From positions 143,075,156 through 143,139,155 of the forward strand of contig NC_068983.1 of NCBI RefSeq assembly GCF_001194135.2: a stretch of DNA of 64,000 bases, read 5' to 3'. The number at the start of each line of letters is the position of its first letter. The first letter of the stretch is position 1. The translations under genes were made by a program, and so were the position numbers. Origin of the DNA: Octopus bimaculoides. Lineage: Eukaryota. Below the pieces are notes generated by a model. The model did not search any database. It was not told the DNA's origin and worked only from the letters and a program-made list of their open reading frames with translations. Positions 39,614 to 53,733 of this stretch are shown in pieces.

Positions 39614-41291
39614 GCTGGATAAGTTTATAAACCACTAAATAGCTTATAGTTTGATTCAAAATATCTTTGGACAAGGCTATGTCCCCCACCAGATTCCTCT
39701 AATAGAATGAATTCTTGTCTGCCAAAAAGCAAAAGAATTCCAGATGATGTATTATCTTACTTGGCAGACTTGGATAAACTGGAAACATTTAATATGACCT
39801 GGCAAATTGTAGTCCAATATTTTCTCTGCAAAGGCATTTCATCTCAATATTGTGTGAATATGATGGAAATATATTCCTTCATGCCAGTGGGCTTTAAATA
39901 CTCTTTAACACTTATTTCTTAGACTTTATTTTGTAAATAGTAGATTTGATATCATGTTTAGCTGAACAGTTCAGCCAACATATTGATATACCTAAAACAG
40001 TGTTGCAGCAAAAATATTAATGTTGATGCTATATCCTTATAACTTTGATGAGTCAGAAATGACAGCTCAGTCTTAAAATCCTTAACAGGATATTCGTTTT
40101 GTCATATAGTAACATTCAAAATGATTAATCAATTTGAAATTAATCTTCGTGGTGGTATTTGTTGCTCAAAGGCTTTCTAGTAACTTACTGCCATTTCCAA
40201 AAATGCCCACTCCTACAAAAATGATACCACTCTTTATTCTTCCTTAACCTTCCTCTTCCAAGCCTCAATTATTTACAGTAACTGACGCACCTCGTACAAA
40301 TCTGCATTGACTCCATTAATAGAGAACAGAATTGGCATGATCCTCTAATAATGTCCTGTCAAACTTTTCTCTTTCACCAGCAAAGAGATATAATCTTTTC
40401 ACATAAAAATAAACAAACCATTATTGCAAATTACCCGCCTTAAACTTGCATAGTATACAATCAGAACCCTCAATATTTTTCTAAATGGGGTTGAGTTTCA
40501 TCCTTTTGAGGTTGATAAATTAAGTACCAGTTGCATACTGGGGGGGGGGGTCTAAACGACTGCCCCCCCCCCAAAAAAAATTTTGGCCTTGTGCCTAGAG
40601 TAGAAAAGAATATTTTTCCAAATGCTAGACCTTGCTGTCATTGAGGATCTCCACCCTGGTGAATGCAAATCCTTAATATAGGGAGCACAGCATCTCAGAG
40701 AAAGGCTTTTTCCTTTTTTTGAAGACCCCAAAATTCTTCGTCTTCTAACAACTGCTAACCGTTTAAAAAACTTAGAGTACTACTTCCACACATGCTCATA
40801 CAGACACAACTCTTCCCACACTGGCTGCATAAAAAAAACCAAAACAAAACAAACAAAAAAAACCAACTTCTTCAAGTGACATAAAGTCAATCACAAATAC
40901 TCTTAACTTCTGACCCATAGACATCTTCTTTCACAGCCTTTTCTACAGATACTACTCTGCTCTTGTGCTACTCAGGCACTCCCAATTCACTTCTCTCACT
41001 TTTCATCACCAATTTTGTGCTCCCTACCAACTATTTTTCAGAATGTGGATCCTCTTGAATCCTTTCACTGCAATGCTCTCCTGGCAGCTGTCAAACTTGC
41101 AACAGTTCAAGTGGAATGTTAATGACATCATTCCCTCCAGTTCTAGACTTGTGAAGATCATGGGTATAAGTCTCTTCCTTTCAGAGCAAACCTATAAAGA
41201 CTATGACTAGCCTATCTTTTTGTTTACCTGGGTTTACATTAATACAGTTCTATATTTAAGAGATGAGGAATTATTAACATTATTTCCCCAA

Positions 41292-41337
41292 GACACCTGA
41301 CGAAGGCTGGAGGGTATATCAGTCGAAACGTTGTGTT
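41292..41337 (+). ncRNA. Minimal type I hammerhead ribozyme motif (Penelope-like element associated type)
   Basis: gacac-CTGACGA-a-ggctg(gagggtatat)cagtc-GAAA-CGT-T-gtgtt: stem I gacac/gtgtt, intact core CUGANGA and GAAA, stem II, palindromic ACGU stem III, GUU cleavage triplet. Confidence 0.65.
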
Positions 41338-41990
41338 AACAACAAACAAGATGAGGACAAATATCCGTCAAATGTAAATAATGGGTTTACATTGTCCTAA
41401 GTGTCCTTTAATGAGGTATGTTGTAATTTGAGGTCTATTTGGGAGCAGTTTAACAATTCAGTAGAAGTTCTTAATTTTTATTTTATCAGGAGAAGACAAT
41501 GGTGTTATACAACTTACTGATCATATGTTGTTAAACTGCTTATAAACTCAATTGTCATATGTGTAATTTTTATGATGTATTACTGTGTACATTTATGAAT
41601 AATTGTTGCTTCCTGCCACTTACTCTACAGAGATGAGATAGTTAACAAAAGTGTTTAATTGCAAACATATATGAGATAAAACACTAATAGTAGTGGTGGT
41701 GATAGTGGCATTAGTAGTAGTAGTGAATATTCATTGCTATGAAGTTCTCGTCCATGTTTATTTTAGTGCCATCAACTTGGCAACAGGATGGGCATCTGAC
41801 CTTTGAAAATCTTCCTCAATAAATTCCATTTAACCCATGCCTGCGTGATGGACTAGATGTTAAAATGATAATGGTATGGGCATGGGTGTGTGTATATAGT
41901 ACACTCATTAACTTGCTATCAAAATAGTGTTTTGGCAGTGACATGTGCTTTTATCTTTAACAACTTTATTTTGTGCTTGTCTAAAACATA

Positions 41991-42677
41991 CAAGGTAGCC
42001 AATAAAGTCACACACCATCCTGCAATATGTGAAATTGCTAACATTCTCTTTTTACATCTCTTTTCACAACTGCCGATATTACAAATGAATCCTCATTGGA
42101 TGGAGGCAGATAATCAACAAGGCAGAGGGCAAGGTAATGGTGTGGTGTGGGATTTGGCACAATCAAGTAATTGAACCATTTTATTTTGAAGGCTCTGTGA
42201 CAGGTGATTTGTATCTGGGCATGCTTGACAACAAGATGATACTTCACATACATTCACTTAGAAGGGGAAATCCTGTCTGGTTTCAGCAGGATGGCGCTCC
42301 ACTCCATTATGCATTACAGGTTCATGATTTCCTGAATGACCATTTTCGAGGGAGATGTCTCAGGTGTCACAGGCCAATTGAATGGGCACCACGGTCATCA
42401 GATTTAACTTCCAAGGACTTTTTCTTCTGGGGCTACATTAAATCCTTTGTGTATTTTGAAAAGATTCGTGACCAAGGACATCTTCAAAGAATTGTTGAAG
42501 TGTATGAACAAGTCAATGGCAGTGAAGAGCTATTTGGGAGGGTTTACCACCTTTTCATATTCTATATGTTTAGAGCTACATGGCCAACACTTGGAACATT
42601 TGTAATGGACTACCTACTTCATTGCTAATAAAGCATACTTGATATTGCTCATGGTGCGTGACTTTGTGGACACCCTG
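41991..42677 (+). mobile_element. Internally deleted Tc1/mariner element of the DD41D (rosa/Visitor) type with TIRs and TA TSD
   Basis: TA|CAAGGTAGCCAATAAAGTCACACACCAT... and ...ATGGTGCGTGACTTTGTGGACACCCTG|TA are imperfect inverted repeats; ORF 42137..42628 has WFQQDGAPLH-...-WAPRSSDLTSKDFFFWGYIK with 41 residues between the last two catalytic Asp. Confidence 0.9.
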
Positions 42678-43849
42678 TAAAAACTGGTTCATGCCAAAAA
42701 ACTTAAATTTTTGGGGGAATATAACCAGTTTTTACACACACACACAGACATGGCAGTGCATATCAACAACAACAAAAAAAAATTGTACATAAGTGTGAAT
42801 GTCTGACTGAGTGTGTATGTGAGTAACTTTGTGTATGTGTGTATGTATTTATATATCTATATCTGTATCTGTCTATGTGTCACTTTATGCAGATGTGCAT
42901 GTGTGTGCATGTATCTTTATGTATAATTGTATATGTGTGTGTTATAAGATTCTGTGTGTATGTTCACTGTGGAAAAGAAAGTTGGATAACTTTACTCAGC
43001 GATGGATTAGCCTTTAGGTGATTGATTGGCTGAATCAGTAGAGAGTTGGAAAAAATGCCTTGTGACTATTTACATTCTGAGTTCACATCTTGGTTCACTT
43101 TCATCATAAGAAGTTAACATAAATGTAACTTAATTACTGGGAAAATGAAAGCCCCAATCAAGAATTGGGGTCACTGATAGTGGTTAGCACTTTTCTCTCA
43201 AAATACCTAGCCTTGTGCATAAATTAGAATGATTCCTGTCTGAATAACATGCTTTCATTTTTGTTTTCCCCTCCAAATTGAAATCCATTGGCTGGAAATA
43301 GATAAACAGATATCGTTGTCTAGGTCAACTCTAGATGGACAGACATATGATGAAGGAAATTCAGCCAGGATCAGGTGTAACTTTTTTGTATTAGGGAACA
43401 CATTCTTTAATATATCCTTGTACATAACTAACTGTATGTCAGTACATGTCTATGTAAGTATATATGCATAAACAAGATGTGATTTCATGAGAAATTCTAA
43501 GACAATATTTTTTTAAAGATTTTTTTTAATATTCACATTTAGTATGTAAATATTATCATATATGAAACTGTGAGAAATTTGGCTGCCAGCCCTCAACACA
43601 AGCTAAATTGTGTGTAAGTTGGAATTTAAGGAAGTTCACTCAAGTAACCAATCAGAAGCTTGCAATCTGACCAATCAAATGAGTCAATAAGTATTGATTA
43701 AATAATTTACTATCAACAATTCTTACTCAGCATGTACTCATCTAATGACTAACACAGAAGTTTGAACATGCTAGACTAGACCTTCCCTTCTCTTAAAGTT
43801 TATTCTATTACTCTACTGATTTGGCTCAGGGGAAGGGTATTTCACTCTG

Positions 43850-43922
<73 letters not shown>

Positions 43923-44097
43923 TATTCATATTATATGTATTCTATGACAAAACTCAGCATTTATAATTGAATATAGATCCTGTTTCAATATGACTCAGAA
44001 AAAAGGAAATTTCTTACAGACAGAAAAACAATACTTACAAAAATAGTAAAATTTGCATCTCTTTAAATTATGAAAAGTTTAGTTGCATGCTACATAT

Positions 44098-44312
44098 GAT
44101 TGTGTGTGTGTGTGTGTTATGTACATCTATGTGTGTATATGTATATATATATATATGTATATACATGTGTGTATGTATATATATTTGTGTGTGTGTGTAT
44201 GTATATATATTTGTGTGTGTGTGTATGTATATATATTTGTGTGTATGTGTATGTATATATTTGTGTATGTGTGTGTGTGTGTATGAATATATGTATATGT
44301 GTGTGTGTGTAT
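44098..44312. repeat. Compound (GT)/(AT) microsatellite block
   Basis: Direct inspection. Confidence 0.95.
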
Positions 44313-44313
44313 A

Positions 44314-44650
44314 GGCACAAGTGTAGATGTATGGTAAGAAGTTTGCTTTTCAACCACATGGTTCCAGGCTCAATCTTATTGTGTGGCATCTGGGGCAAAA
44401 TGTCTTCTACTGCAGTCCCAGGCCAACTAGATCCTTGTGAGTAGATTTGATAGATGGAAACTGAAAGATGCCCATTATTTACATGTACGTATGTATGTAT
44501 GTATGTATGCATGTATATATATGTTTGTATGTGTTTGTTTGCCCCTCCTCCACTACTGCCTGACAACTGGTGTTGGTTTATTTTTGACCCTATAGCTTAG
44601 CAATTCAGCAAAAATGTGTGATAGAATAGGTTACCAGACTTCAAAAAATT
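44314..44650 (+). mobile_element. CORE-like SINE copy, CpG-decayed
   Basis: Colinear with 5328..5739. Other partial copies at about 19690..19870, 24180..24300 (-), 24580..24720 (-), 25500..25560, 30945..31100, 44950..45060, 51619..51740, 55640..55790. Confidence 0.8.
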
Positions 44651-46304
44651 AACACACACTAGCTAGAAATAGTAGCCAAATCTCTTCCAAATTTTACCCT
44701 ACCATCTTAAAATGACACATTAGATAATGTGATTCCACTACTTTATACTCTGTTCTCATGCTTGTTTTTATATGCACACATGTGCAACACATGACAAACC
44801 CAACAAAAATGCACATATGCAACTGAAATAAAAAATTACAAAGTATACAGACAATTTTACATGCAAAAACCAATGCACAGATGTACACACACACTTCTCA
44901 TTCTGTATTATAACTGCCAAAATCTTCTCATAAATATGGACAAGTCTCTTGCACCTTGGGTTACCAAAGCCTTGTGAGTGAAATTGTTGGGCAGAAACTG
45001 AAAGAAGCTTTTCGTGTAATATATATGTGTGTGTGTGTGTGTGTCTACTTGTCTTCACATTACCTGATAGCTGTAAATGAATGTTACCATCATACAAGTT
45101 GTGTCTTTTGTTTACAATCTTCCATGAAAACATATCTGGCTATGAGGAAATATATATCCTTACATGGAAATGGATGGTGATAGGAAGAACATCTGGCCAT
45201 AGAGAATCTGCCTTAACAAATTTCGCCTGTCCCCTGCAAGCATTTTTCCATAAATGGGTGTTAAAATGATGATGATATATAAGAATAGAAATGCATTCTC
45301 ATTTATCCATCACTCAGAATTAGTCATTTATCAACATTTGCATGTGCAGACCTGGACATGGTTTTGTGAAGATAAGCTGTTACACTTGCATTCAAATCTC
45401 TTTTCTTCATGCAATTGATGCTGTCCCAGCCACTGCTTGGCATCATAGTCATTGCAGACGTTGCTGTCAGAAAGCAGAAGGCCAGGACATGTACTACAAG
45501 ATACCTCTAACATTCCTACAACACACTCACTCTAGGTAATTTTTTTTTATTGATTCCTAAATTCTGACCTCATTGGGATTTGAACTCAAGAATTCAGAAA
45601 TTTGGAGCCAGATATCATGAGGTGCTCTTACCTCCACTTATTAATCATCTTATATAAAATCTAATGTCACTGCTAATATACTTCATCTTTAATATAAGGT
45701 AGTGTGTTTACACAAGTGCATGTGTATTCATACATACATATACATACATACACTTTCACATGATTGACTTGATAGGAGTTTCTTTGTTTTTTCTTTAACT
45801 TTCTGAGAAAAGTTGTATGTCAGTCAGCAAGAAATGAATTGGTTCCATTTTTTTCCTTTTCTTTTTTTTTCTTCTTCAACTAGATAACAGCTGGCGTAAT
45901 TAATCTTGATATGTGTTAAGATATAAGAACTAGACAGGAGAAACAAAACAATTTAGAGGGCTGATGAATGAAAAATAAGTTCTATTGCTGCTAATTTGTA
46001 AAAGAATCTTTACCACTTTGGTTTATTTTTTTGTTATCTTCTGTCTTTCTTGTTTTGCATACAGTGTTATTGTTTGCAAGTAATGAATACACAATAAACA
46101 AACAAGTTATATGTTTTGTATTTTTAGTTGGTTGAAACAATTGGCACCTTTCACTTGTAAAGCTGTTATATTTGAATGAAATATATCGAAGATAAATGCT
46201 TAAATTTTTCCTTCATTTTGTTTCTGCATAAATTCTTAAATTCTTTACTGTCCATTTACAGCAATATTTCTCTGTGTGTCTCTACACATAGGCCCCGTCC
46301 TAGT

Positions 46305-46509
46305 GAGCAGTAGAATTATTAGCATGTTAGACAAAATACTGAGTGGTGTTTCTCTCAGTTTTATGTTCTGAGTTCAAATGCTGCCCAGGTCAGCTTTGCA
46401 TTTCATCTTTTAGTGTCAATAAAATAAAATACCATTCAAATACTGGAGCCAGTGGTCTCAATCTACTCCTTCCCCTCAAAACTGTTGGCCTTATGCCTAA
46501 ATCAGGAAC

Positions 46510-46552
<43 letters not shown>

Positions 46553-46906
46553 GCAAGCTGGCAGAATCATTAGCATACTGGGAAAAATGCTTAGCAGAGT
46601 ATTTTATCCGTCTTCACGTTCTGAGTTCAAATGTTGCCAAGGTTGACTTTGCCTTTCATCCTTTCGGGGTTGATAAAATAAGTATCAGTTGAACATTGGG
46701 GTAGATGTATTTGACTTAAGCCCTCGATGCTTAGCAACATTTTGTCTCTTATATGTTCTGAGTTCAAATTCCACCAAGGTTAACTTTGTCTTTCATCCTC
46801 TTGGGATTGATAAAATAAGTACCAGTAAAGTACTGGAGTTGATGTATTCCCCCAAAATTGCTAGCCTTGTGCCAAAATTTAAAACATTATTATTATTATT
46901 ATTATT
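46305..46906 (+). mobile_element. Three tandem CpG-decayed copies of the (ATT)n-tailed SINE
   Basis: Same consensus with CG to TG/CA changes (ggggttgataaaataag, tagtgtcaataaaata); (ATT)n at 46511-46552 and 46886-46906. Confidence 0.85.
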
Positions 46907-47419
46907 GTTTTACTTCTCAAAGCTGTCGGTTGTGTTTGCTCTTATTGATTCTGTGAGAACAGACAGCACATTATAAGCTTTGATACTTGGTTGTTAATTA
47001 TCGTGAGAGGCATTCAACATCCAAGTACCAATCTCAAAATCCTAGCTGTCCCCAACAGAGCAGTTTTTTGGGCTTGCTCTGCTCTCATGTCAATTTCGAT
47101 TTCTTTGACATTTTTCGAAATTGGTTGTTAGTGCTCCAAGTGTCCCTACAACTACTGGAATGAACTCACCTCATAGTCCACATTCTTGCAGTTTTGTCTT
47201 TTAGTGGTCTGTACTTTTCAATCTTTTCTAGTTCTTTGCCACTTATGCATGCATCTCCAGGTATCTATAATCTTTGTTTCCTTTTTCCCTTTATCTACCA
47301 CAACAATATCTGGTCTCTGAGCATTGATTAGGGAGTCACATTGGATTGTAAAATCCCATAGTGTCTTATATTCATTGTTCTCAGTGACTCCTTCTGGTTC
47401 ATGTTTGTACCATTTCTGG
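46907..47419 (-). mobile_element. 5'-truncated non-LTR retrotransposon with restriction-like endonuclease (R4/Dong-like)
   Basis: Minus-strand translation with frameshifts: KWYKHEPEGVTENNEYKTLWDFTIQCDSLINAQRPDIVVVDKGKKETKIID / PGDACISGKELEKIEKYRPLKD / IPVVVGTLGALT / KTALLGTARILRLVLGC*, the RPD..D..K RLE C-terminus; (TAA)n on both sides. Confidence 0.88.
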
Positions 47420-47454
<35 letters not shown>

Positions 47455-49799
47455 CATCATCATCATCATCATTTCTATGTAATGTTTCACATTTATTTTA
47501 GCTATGTATTTAATAACAAGCCAGCAATAGAAGCTTTGCCTAATCTCTTGACTGTTACAAATAGTAACCAAATCCCTAACAAACAAACCTGTACTGCATT
47601 TGAAAATAAGCACACATAATGTAGAATGAAAGACAAGATATTTACAAATGGAATACCTTTTGGCTAGGCTTCAGCTTAATTAGGGCTGATCTTAGGTTAA
47701 ACAATTATATTTTTTTTTTAGAGCAACCAGTCTCTTTTTTAATTTTTTTATTCCTGTATATAAGTATTTTAGTCACTTCACAACCTTATTGTTCATCTCA
47801 AACCCACTCTTATCTTTTAATAAAGGGTGGGACAGACACAACTGGAATGTCTTTGATGAGTTGACCTTGAACTAAACAACTTCATGTGATATGGTTTTTT
47901 ATTTCAAAATAAACACTAACCCTATGTGGGTTCCTCTAGTCATCATCATCAACCTTCCTTCTATGCTATTATGAAGACATTTTGATAAGATTACTGTTTC
48001 TATAAGTCTGTTTGCTTCTATCTGTAAGAGCCTACCTATCTTTCTGTTTGTGTCTATCTGTTTCTGTTTTTGTTTTTAACCATTTTTCTACTTAGCTCTT
48101 TATCTACCTTCCTGGTTTTATTCACAACTTTCCAACTTTCTTTCATGTTTTAAAGAAGCCTTGTCCAAAATGACAGAACTAAACTCAACTTATGATACAA
48201 GAGTTTGACTTTATGAATTTATTCCAGGTTATTCCCACCGTTTTTTTAAACTTTCTTTCCACAGTAACGTAGATCTTCAATTCAAATATGTTGATCATTA
48301 ACCTGTGTCCTCTTTAGTTAATTTCCTTTCAAGAGAGCTACTTAGAATTGTTCTGAATCCTCTTTGGTGTCAGTGCTGCCAGTTGCATCAAGCAATGTCA
48401 GTATTTCCCCAATTGAAATTAATAGTTATTAGCACTTAATGCATTTCTAAGGAAAAAAAGATGACAGTTTGTTTGATTTTGGATTCATCTACATTACATT
48501 CTTGGATTCTATTACTTTGCAATTCAGTAATGCTCATTTGTTAAGTTTTGAATGGCAAAAAATGCTTTTTTTTTTATTGGTTAAGCTATAAAATGGTCTT
48601 GCAAGAGAGTTGTCTACCATCTTGACTAAACTTAGGAAAAACACATCAATAAGAGAAATACCTCTGTTTGTGGGTACTTAAACTATTAAAAAAAACAACA
48701 GTTAAGTCACACATTACTTTTCTTCAAAAAATGGACACATTGGATAATATAAATACAATCTTAGCTATGCTATGTCTGAAAGCAAGATGGAATAGATGGT
48801 CATGGCAGGAATATCTTTGATCATAGATATGCAGGAGCAGGAATGACTAGGGTCAAAATAATTACAACATGTACAAAATACTAAATACACTATATTAACA
48901 TAACATATTCCTCTTGCTAAGAAACCTTGTTTATTGGAAAATGTCTTCTCTTTTCTTTATTTGCCATGTCACATTTACCATGCTGTATGCGCATTTACCA
49001 AGCCAAATGTGGCATATCTTGGGGAAGAGCCACTACTTCCATAATATTTTAGAGAAAACAATTGTATTTGGAGGGTTGAAGAGTAAGGGGCTGTCTTCTC
49101 ATTTAGCTAGACTCCCAGCATCTTAGCATCACTCCTCTCTATTCCACCTCACATTTACCCTTATCTTTTCCTCCTTACTCTATTTGCTTTCTGTACAGAA
49201 TCAATGATTAGAAGTCATAAATCTTTCGGTGACCTGGCACTTTGCCAATTCCCTTTTCTTATTTGTTTTACCTCATTTTATATTGATATTATTATCATTA
49301 TTGTTATCATTATTATCAATTTATTTCTATGTTCCCATTCTCCGAATAAAGCAGTTAATCTTTCTCACACATGCTCTACTCTTGTTTCCTCTCTCTCTCT
49401 CTCTCTCCCTCTTTCTCTCCCCCCTCTCTCTCCCCCTCCCCCTATCTCCCTTCCTCTGCTTGTCTCTCTCTCTCTTTTTTTTTTTAATAATTTGTTTCTA
49501 AATGAGGTAAAGAATGGGTGGAGAATAGAAAAAATTTAAGGGAATAGAATTTTAAATGCAAACTGTACATCTCAAATAATTATAGCATTAGAGATAATAA
49601 TAATAATAATACATCTATAATATAATATAATATTATGATTATGATGATTGGAAAGATAAAATATTATGTTTCAGTTTGAAATTGAGTAAAAATTCAATTT
49701 AAAAAGTAAAACATACAAAATTTAATCATCTCATAAATAATTATTTTATATGTTGTTTGTTTTTTGGACTATTTCATAATTTTGGATGTATTGTTGACT

Positions 49800-50610
49800 C
49801 AAGCATTTCCATCAGCATTATATCCAATCATCTTCAAGTGATATTCCAGAGTTGAGGGGTTTATGATTTGACAGCTTTCCTACTTACTAAGACTTTGGTT
49901 TTTGCTAGGTTAACCCTAAGGCCCCTTCGATTCTAGACCTTGCTTCCACACCCTAAACTTTGTCTAGTTCTGGATATTAGAGTAAGGTCATCAGCATAGA
50001 GGAGCTCCCAAGGGCAGCCTGTCTTGAATTCCTGTTATTGCCTGGAGAACTATAATTAATAAGAGGGGGTTGAGGACTGATCCTTGGTGAACCCCTACTT
50101 CTACTCGGAATTCTTCACTATATTCGTTGCCAACTCTCATCTTACTGACAGCATCCCTGTACAGGGCTTGTACAGCTCTTACCAACCACTCGTCTATCTC
50201 CAGTTTCTGCATTGACCACCAGATAAGGGATTGTGGGACCTTGTCAAAGGTTTTCTCCAAGTCAACAAAAGCCAAGTACAGAGGTTTATCTTTGGCTAGG
50301 TATTTCTCCTGCAGTTGCCTTACCAGAAATATAGCATCAGTGGTGCTTCTGCCTAGCACAAAACCAAACTGCATCTCATCTAGGCTAACTCTCTCCTTAA
50401 TTAGTTAGGCTATTAGTCGGGCTATGACTGTGTAACTTTCATCAACTGATCCGATAATTTGATACCCCTGTAGTTATTTCTATCTAAAGCATCACCTTTA
50501 CCCTTGTAGCAGTTGACTATGGTGCTGCTACACCAGTCATTGGGTATGATGCTTTCATGAACTACCTGATTTACAATGCAGGTAACAAGACCATAACCCA
50601 CACTGCCCGA
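49800..50610 (-). mobile_element. RTE-clade LINE reverse transcriptase fragment (degenerate)
   Basis: IIPNDWCSSTIVNCYKGKGDALDRNNYRGIKL, MQFGFVLGRSTTDAIFLVRQLQEKY, LAFVDLEKTFDKVP, GVHQGSVLNPLL and, after a frameshift, ELLYADD (about 49987-49998); stops and frameshifts present. Confidence 0.93.
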
Positions 50611-52037
50611 TATTTTAAATTCTTAAGAATTATTAGACTTACATTATTTATCTCCTTTGTTCTTTTTTTCCTGGTGTCTTGGTCTGTGCTGATAATTATC
50701 TATATCTGTGATGCTGGAAAAAAAAGCACCCCAAATTATCAAAAAGAATTAAATATTCTTTAAACCCTTGATACATTAAAAAGAATTTCATTAAAAAGTT
50801 TGCAAAATAAGACATGCTTATTTATATGTTTGTTTCATTGAACAAATGTTTAGTCGAGACAGTTCCCATCTTTCCCTTGCAATATCTTCTTACCACCCCT
50901 CTCATATTCTTCCAGAAGAAAAATAATACAGAAAGAAAAGTAGAATCTGTTTTAAGTGTATAAAACATAAACTGTAATGAAATAAATTGTCTGGAGGAAA
51001 CTAAGCAAGCTAATTAGTATTGCCAGGTGCATGGAACTAAGAGACACATCATTGGTGCTGCCAGGTGTATGGGACAGACCTAGTCATTGCTCACATGATT
51101 GTGCAAATGATAAAAGATTAAGTAATCATGAACAAATGGTTTCAAATCTCACTCCATCTTGTTAAAGTACAGCAAAGTCATTGGTATAAAACAATAAAAG
51201 CAAACGGCCATAACATTCAACAAGAATGGTTGACAAAAACAACAGGAACAATGACAAACAACAACAATGACATTTAACAAAACCCTATTGACTGACTGAC
51301 TGCACACTATAATAAAAAACAAATGATTCAATGTTGAAAATAGTCAAAAGTTAACCAAACATTAAAACAGTATATTATAGCAAGATGATTATCAGTGCAT
51401 GTGTGTGCTTTTTTTTTCTTCTTGATGTTGCTTGCAGCAGCCAGAAGTTAACTAACAATTTATACTGTATTGTTTGGTGCCATTACAAAATAATGTACTG
51501 AAATATAAAGCATAAAACAGCAGCTGCAAGATTTATTGCCTGTGTCTCTTTACAGACTGCCACTGAGAAAGAATCCAGTTTTTATTGTTTGTATGGATTA
51601 TAGTATATATGTGTGTGTAGACAGGCATGGCTGTGTAGTTGAGAAGCTTACTTCTCAACCATGTGGTCTCTGGTTCAGTTCTACAGCATGACAACTTGGG
51701 CCAGTGCCATCTGCTATAGCTCTGAGGCATTGTGTGTGTCTAATATATATATATATATAAAGGATAAGACATTTATTTGAAATAATGATCATATCAAGTG
51801 GCCTGCATGTGTAGGTAATAATTATTATAGGTATATAATAATATAAATATAATTATAATTAAAGGTACCGAATAGGCACCACCATGCCAGAAATAGCAGT
51901 CAAAACTAACTATAGAACCACTAATTTCTTTGCTTATTTATCTTACCACCAGTGCTATATGAATACATGATGTAGTTCTATAGTTAGTCTTGACTGCTAT
52001 TTCTGACATGGTGGTGCCTCTTCGGTACTCGTAATTA

Positions 52038-52096
<59 letters not shown>

Positions 52097-52189
52097 TGTG
52101 GTGAATAAATTGTCTAAATTATGCAAAAATGAAAATAACACTGACATCTCATTTTAACAGATTCATTTACCAAAATTACATAAAAATAT

Positions 52190-52990
52190 CTTGAAATACT
52201 AAAGAGTAAATTTATTCAATAAACTCAGCATTTGCTTCAACTATGGCTTCCACATGACTTAGGAATTTCCTGCAACTCTTTTGGACGGTCTCCTTGTTTA
52301 AGTTGGTGGATGCTGCCATAATTCTTGCCTTCAGTTCATTTTTGATGTTACAAGTTTTGTTGGTCTCTCACCCAACTGCGCCCCACACATAATAACCAAG
52401 GGGGGTTACAGCCTGGCGAGTTAGGTGGCCAGATGTTAGGGGCGATGTGGTCGCAGAAATTGTCTGACAGCTATGACTGGGTTCTCCTGCTTGTGTGGCA
52501 TGGGTGCAGACATTGGGTCTTCCAGCAGCCACCCTCTTGACCCAGGACAACACTACCTCCTCCAGGCACTTGATGTAGACCTTCGTGTTGAGTCTGTAGC
52601 TCCGTGAGAAGATGAATGGAGGCATAATGTCGCCATCACTAATGATCACTCCAAACACCATGATGTTGACTGGATGTTTTATCTTTATCACTCTTGGTAC
52701 ATGTTTTGGGGACTGGCAAGCCAATGGAGGTTGTGTGTTCACCATTTGATCCTGGCAGAAAGTTTTCTCATCTGAGAAGAATCAAAGCATGTTTGTTTGG
52801 TGGGGATGCTTGAGTTTGTTCAAAAGCTTAGTAGTGTGGTCTTTCCTCTTGTCCTTGAAGGCTTGGGATCAAAATTGGCCCTTTCTCATTTTGTATGGGA
52901 AATATCAAATGTCTTCATGCACTATCTTCCGGATACGAAACTCAGACACAGCCATGTCCCTGGCAATGGACCTGATGGACTCGGAGGGAC
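52190..52990 (-). mobile_element. Degenerate Tc1/mariner transposase of the DD37D (maT) type
   Basis: SIRSIARDMAVSEFRIRKIVHEDI, FFSDEKTF, KHPVNIMVFGVIISDGDIMPPFIF, then IWPPNSPGCNPLGYYVWGAV; the QQD motif is deleted and there are several frameshifts. Confidence 0.88.
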
Positions 52991-53733
52991 CTGACAAGTA
53001 AGAAGACTGCACCAAGCTCTGCTGCCTGCTTTGGTGTGGTTTCTACAGTAGGATGTCCTTCTTAACACCAACACTAAAGAATGCATAGATAAAAGAATGT
53101 ATATATTCTTATAATCAATTCTGCATACACCCCCACCATTTATATTTTGGTACTTTTTGAACAAAATCAGTGTAGAGAACTAAAGTGAAGATTAAATAGT
53201 GGAATTCATTTAGACCAACATTTCACTCTTTCTGCTAATTTATTGCTTTAGTATAATTTACAGTATCATTTAATCAATTCACAATCAGTTATACATTTTA
53301 ACTGTTAAACCAATGTAGAAGCCTTGTTATGACCTGCTAGAAGTAGCAACAATCAGTTCCTCTTCAACTCACATTCTACTGTGTGAGTTGAGGGGCAATT
53401 GGTTGCTGGATAATCTATAAAAAACCGGTCCAGTCACATCTAGAATAGGTGTAAGTCTGTAAGGTGTAATAGGTGTAATACTGTAAGTCTGCTTGATCAT
53501 AGTTGATCAAGAGCTAAAAACAGCATCATTTTAAATATAATCGGCTGTAAAGTAATTTTTTGTTTGTTTCCAAATGAAATCACTTTCTTTTGTCAAAATC
53601 TTGTTTTTTACTCTTTTGATACCAACTTTCTTGACATTGAGCTAGTTCTATGACACAAACTTGTTTTAAAGTGACTCAATTAAAATCTTCCATTAGAATT
53701 TTATATTTAGTTATGCTCCAAATACCAACTTAA

